From the NCBI GenBank assembly GCA_002438075.1, contig DJSQ01000212.1:20182-84181 (forward strand): a stretch of 64,000 nucleotides of DNA, read 5' to 3'. Below, one piece after another: positions 60,706-64,000 of this stretch (its first letter is position 1; each line of letters starts with the position of its first letter). Below the pieces are notes generated by a model. It was given only the letters and a program-made list of their open reading frames with translations, was not told where the DNA came from and did no database searches. The stretch is from Clostridiales bacterium UBA6330 (GTDB lineage Bacteria > Bacillota > Clostridia > Oscillospirales > CAG-272). Both the position numbers and the translations under genes were made by a program.

Positions 60706-61467
60706 ATGAAACTGGGCGTGAATTTGTATTCTGTTCGGAGGTTCCTGAAAAACGAGGCGGATGTCCGCGAGACCTTCCGCAAAATCCGCGACATCGGCTA
60801 TGAGGTCGTACAGCTTTCGGGCGCGGCACCGATGGCGGCGGAAACGGTCCGCGCAATCTCGGCGGAATCGGGACTTCCGATTGTCTGCACGCATTCGCCG
60901 CTTGACCGTATCCTGCACGATACCGATGCGCTGATTCGGGACCACAAAACCTATGGCTGTCCTGTCATCGGCTTGGGCGCGCTCCCGAAGGAATTGCGCA
61001 CGAAGGAAGCGGACCTGCGCGAATGGCTGGCGACCATGCGGGAGCCTGTTGCAAAAATCCGCGCGGCTGGGCTGTCGTTTGCCTACCACAACCACGATTT
61101 TGAGTTCCTGCCGCTGACCGACACGGGCAATCGCATCTATGACATCCTGCTTGCGGAATGCCCCGATTGGGAGCTGATTCCCGACACCTACTGGATTGCC
61201 TATGCGGGCGGGGATGTTGCACAGATGCTGACGCGCATCGGCGCAGGGCGGATGACCAACGTCCATTTCAAGGATATGGCGCGCGATGAGAAGCGGAGCA
61301 TTTGCAGCTGTGGCGCGGGCGTGCTGGATTTCGCGTCCTACCTGCCGCTTTGCGAATCGTTCGGCACCGAAAACATTCTGGTCGAGCAGGACAACGCAAA
61401 CGATGCGGACGACCCGTTCGGAGAACTGGAAAACAGCTTCCGCTGTCTGCGGAGGATGATAAAATAA
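60706..61467 (+). CDS. Sugar phosphate isomerase/epimerase (xylose isomerase-like TIM barrel)
   Basis: Start at MKLGVNLYSVR (GGAGG RBS). Typical N-terminus and an HNHDFEF metal-site-like motif. Confidence 0.8.
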   Translation: MKLGVNLYSVRRFLKNEADVRETFRKIRDIGYEVVQLSGAAPMAAETVRAISAESGLPIVCTHSPLDRILHDTDALIRDHKTYGCPVIGLGALPKELRTKEADLREWLATMREPVAKIRAAGLSFAYHNHDFEFLPLTDTGNRIYDILLAECPDWELIPDTYWIAYAGGDVAQMLTRIGAGRMTNVHFKDMARDEKRSICSCGAGVLDFASYLPLCESFGTENILVEQDNANDADDPFGELENSFRCLRRMIK

Positions 61468-61477
61468 GGAGGAGAAC

Positions 61478-62356
61478 ATGGCAGAATTTTTGATTTCCGC
61501 ATTTGCGGACGAGACCTCAACCGACCCCGACCACCAGATTGAAGCACTGAAACGGAACCGCCTGCGCCTAATTGAGCCGCGCAACATCGGCGGCGGAATT
61601 GTGGACCGCACCGATGCGGAGCTGGATGCCTTTGCGGATAAGCTGGACCGCGCGGGCATCGGCATTTCGGCGCTCGGGTCCCCGATTGGGAAATTCGGGA
61701 TTGACAAGGACTTTGACGAGCATCTGACCGTATTCCGCCGCGCGCTGGAGGTCTGCCGCAGGCTCGGCACCGACCGTATGCGGATGTTCAGCTTCTTCGT
61801 GCCGCAGGACCGCCTGAAGGAATGCCGCGCGGAGGTTCTGCGCCGCCTTTCGGTCATGCTGGAGGAGGCAGACCGTGCGGGCGTGACGCTCTGTCACGAG
61901 AACGAATCGAAAATATACGGGCAGAACCCCGAGGAGGTGGCGGACCTGTTGCAGTCGCTCCCCGGGCTGTACGGAATTTTCGATGCGGCAAACTACGTGA
62001 TGAACGATGCCGACCCGCTGGCGGGCATTGACGCAACGCTCATCCGTCCCGCGTACCTGCACATGAAGGACGCAATCGGGGCGGAGAAGGCGATTGTCCC
62101 CGTCGGAATGGGGGACGGTCACTACGAGGAGGTCCTGCGCCGCGTAGACCGCGCGATGGACGGGCTTGTGTACCTGACGGTTGAGCCGCACCTGCACATT
62201 TTTGAAATTTATCAAAAGATTGACAGTCACAAGTTGAAAACGGGGATTGCGTTCGACAATTCGGACGATGCCTTTGACTGTGCGGTTTCGGCGGTAAAGA
62301 AGATGCTGACGGGACTTGGCTATAAGGAAGGAGAGGATCTGATATGGAGAAGGTAA
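61478..62356 (+). CDS. Sugar phosphate isomerase/epimerase family protein
   Basis: 292 aa, AGGAGGAG RBS. RMFSFF..., LCHENES and HMKD motifs of the AP-endonuclease-2/xylose isomerase-like fold. Confidence 0.8.
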   Translation: MAEFLISAFADETSTDPDHQIEALKRNRLRLIEPRNIGGGIVDRTDAELDAFADKLDRAGIGISALGSPIGKFGIDKDFDEHLTVFRRALEVCRRLGTDRMRMFSFFVPQDRLKECRAEVLRRLSVMLEEADRAGVTLCHENESKIYGQNPEEVADLLQSLPGLYGIFDAANYVMNDADPLAGIDATLIRPAYLHMKDAIGAEKAIVPVGMGDGHYEEVLRRVDRAMDGLVYLTVEPHLHIFEIYQKIDSHKLKTGIAFDNSDDAFDCAVSAVKKMLTGLGYKEGEDLIWRR

Positions 62357-63513
62357 GATTCGGAATCATCGGCGTGGGCAACATGGGAACGTCGCACGCC
62401 AAGAAGTTCTTGGGCGGAAAGGTGGAAAACGGCGTTCTGACGGCGGTCTGCGACCTGAAGTCGGAGCGCATGGACGCAATCCGCGCGCTGGACGGCGGGG
62501 CGGAGCTTGCTACCTACACGGACTATCACGACCTGCTTGCCTGCGGTAAGGTGGATGCGGTAATCGTTGCGGTGCCGCACTATTTCCATCCGCGCATTTC
62601 AATGGACGCGCTGGCGGCGGGACTGAACGTCATCTGCGAGAAGCCCGAGGGCGTGTACACCAAGCAGGTCAAGGAGCTGAACGAGGCGGCAAGCCGTTCG
62701 GATAAGCTGTTTACCGTCATGTTCAACCAGCGCACCAACTGCGTCTACCGCAAAATGCGCGAGATGATTGCGGGCGGGGAACTGGGGGAAATCAAGCGGG
62801 TCAACTGGATTATCACAACGTGGTACCGTTCCCAAAGCTACTACGATTCGGGCGATTGGCGCGCAACCTGGCGCGGCGAGGGCGGCGGCGTGCTGTTCAA
62901 CCAGTGCCCGCACCAGTTGGACCTGTTGCAGTGGGTCACGGGCATGATGCCCGCGCGCATCCGCTCGTTCTGTCACTTCGGAAAGTGGCACGACATTGAG
63001 GTCGAGGACGATGTAACCGCCTATCTGGAGTACCCGAACGGCGCAACGGGCGTGTTCATCACCTCCACGGGCGATACCCCCGGGACCAACCGCTTTGAGA
63101 TTCTGGGCGATAAGGGCAAGCTGGTCTGCGAGCATGACCGCCTGACCTTTACCAAGCTGGCGATGTCGGAGCGCGAATTCAACGCGACCTATCGGGGCGG
63201 CTTCGGCGAGCCCGAGCGGGAGGAAATCGCGGTGGAGACCGACGGGCAGAACCCCCAGCACGTTGGAATTCTGAACAACTTTGCAAACGCGATTCTCGGG
63301 CTGGAGCCGCTGTTTGTCGATGGGCGCGAGGGCATTCGCGGCGTGGAGCTGATGGACGCGATGCTCCTTTCCACATGGAAGGACCGCACGGTCAGCCTGC
63401 CGATTGACGATGACGAATATTGGGATGAATTGCAGAAGCACATTGCGGTCAGCCGTCTCAAAACCGCCTCGGATGTCGTGCTGAACACCGAGGGAACCTA
63501 TACCTCCAAATGA
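62344..63513 (+). CDS. Gfo/Idh/MocA-family oxidoreductase
   Basis: 389 aa. Rossmann N-terminus VRFGIIGVGNMG and the EKP motif (ICEKPEG). Confidence 0.9.
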   Translation: MEKVRFGIIGVGNMGTSHAKKFLGGKVENGVLTAVCDLKSERMDAIRALDGGAELATYTDYHDLLACGKVDAVIVAVPHYFHPRISMDALAAGLNVICEKPEGVYTKQVKELNEAASRSDKLFTVMFNQRTNCVYRKMREMIAGGELGEIKRVNWIITTWYRSQSYYDSGDWRATWRGEGGGVLFNQCPHQLDLLQWVTGMMPARIRSFCHFGKWHDIEVEDDVTAYLEYPNGATGVFITSTGDTPGTNRFEILGDKGKLVCEHDRLTFTKLAMSEREFNATYRGGFGEPEREEIAVETDGQNPQHVGILNNFANAILGLEPLFVDGREGIRGVELMDAMLLSTWKDRTVSLPIDDDEYWDELQKHIAVSRLKTASDVVLNTEGTYTSK

Positions 63514-64000
63514 CGGGGCAGAAGCCATTCCGCGCCGCCGTGGTCGGTTGCGGGGCAATCGCGCCGAACCATGTGCGGGGGATTTTGGAGGCGGGGCAGA
63601 CCCTCGCGGCGCTCTGCGACACTGATGCGGAGCGCGCCCGAAGGCTGTGCGCAAAATTCGGGCTGTCGGTCCCCGTTTACACCGACCTTGAGGCGCTGTT
63701 TGACCGCGAGCGCCCCGATGTCCTGCACATCTGCACGCCGCATTATTTGCACGCGCCGATGTGCTGTGCGGCGCTCCGACGCGGGGTCAATGTCCTGTGC
63801 GAGAAGCCGCTCGGCATCAGCGAGGAGGACCTGCGCGCCATTGAAGCGGCGGAGGCGGAAAGCACGGCAATGCTCGGCGTTTGCCTGCAAAACCGCTACG
63901 AGCCGAATTTCCTCCGCCTCAAGGCGCTCTCCGAGGAGGAGGGCATCGCGGCGGCGTTCGGCGTGGTTGCATGGCGGCGCGATGCGGATTACTACGCCTC
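63510..64000 (+). CDS. Second Gfo/Idh/MocA-family oxidoreductase, N-terminal part (runs off the window)
   Basis: ATG at 63510 overlaps the previous stop (ATGA). Translates as MTGQKPFRAAVVGCGAIAPNH...VLCEKPLG. The frame is open to base 64000, so it is absent from the ORF track. Confidence 0.8.
   Translation, partial: MTGQKPFRAAVVGCGAIAPNHVRGILEAGQTLAALCDTDAERARRLCAKFGLSVPVYTDLEALFDRERPDVLHICTPHYLHAPMCCAALRRGVNVLCEKPLGISEEDLRAIEAAEAESTAMLGVCLQNRYEPNFLRLKALSEEEGIAAAFGVVAWRRDADYYA

Noticed and set aside
1-64000. CRISPR arrays, tRNA/rRNA genes, transposases, integrases, and recognisable phage or defence-system genes.
   Set aside because: None was recognised. There are no regularly spaced direct repeats and no cloverleaf-like sequences in the intergenic regions. 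No DDE, tyrosine- or serine-recombinase, nuclease-helicase or methyltransferase motifs appear among the credible ORFs.

Overview
This 64-kb window looks like a high-GC Firmicutes/Clostridia-type chromosome. That is inferred from the nusB-xseA-xseB-ispA-tlyA-nadK-argR-recN gene order, GGAGG ribosome-binding sites and the many lipobox signal peptides. All calls come from reading the ORF track and the DNA by eye; no database search was run.

Layout:
- (A) 1-19.1 kb is housekeeping: U32 peptidase, uppP, the nusB..recN block, ybaK, argS, yebC and two membrane proteins. A small accessory patch at 2.1-2.9 kb holds a frameshifted XRE-HTH gene and a candidate type I toxin-antitoxin pair (a 33-aa hydrophobic peptide with a convergent small RNA).
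- (B) 19.1-59.8 kb is a block of about 40 kb with visibly lower GC. It opens with a roughly 0.6-kb AT-rich spacer and is organised in three apparent transcription units.
  - (i) A monocistronic gene for a 2,837-aa lipoprotein: InlB-type B-repeats, Fn3-like modules and about 1,950 aa of BspA-type leucine-rich repeats.
  - (ii) A low-complexity membrane protein, a MoxR AAA+ ATPase, a DUF58 protein and two BatA-N/VWA membrane proteins, followed by a 941-aa LRR lipoprotein and a 1,107-aa Ig-like/all-helical orphan lipoprotein.
  - (iii) A 2,527-aa PA-domain subtilase (S8) fused to LRR, Ig-like and Fn3 modules with a C-terminal TM anchor. It is followed by a B-repeat lipoprotein and a complete Opp-type ABC importer whose components carry unusual insertions.
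- (C) 59.8-64 kb holds an AraC regulator and a sugar isomerase/oxidoreductase operon.

The most interesting candidate system is the physical coupling of a MoxR-DUF58-VWA (Bat-like) module to giant modular surface lipoproteins and a protease-plus-peptide-importer operon.

No rRNA, tRNA, CRISPR array, transposase or integrase was seen. Most long minus-strand ORFs in the track are codon-register antisense artefacts.
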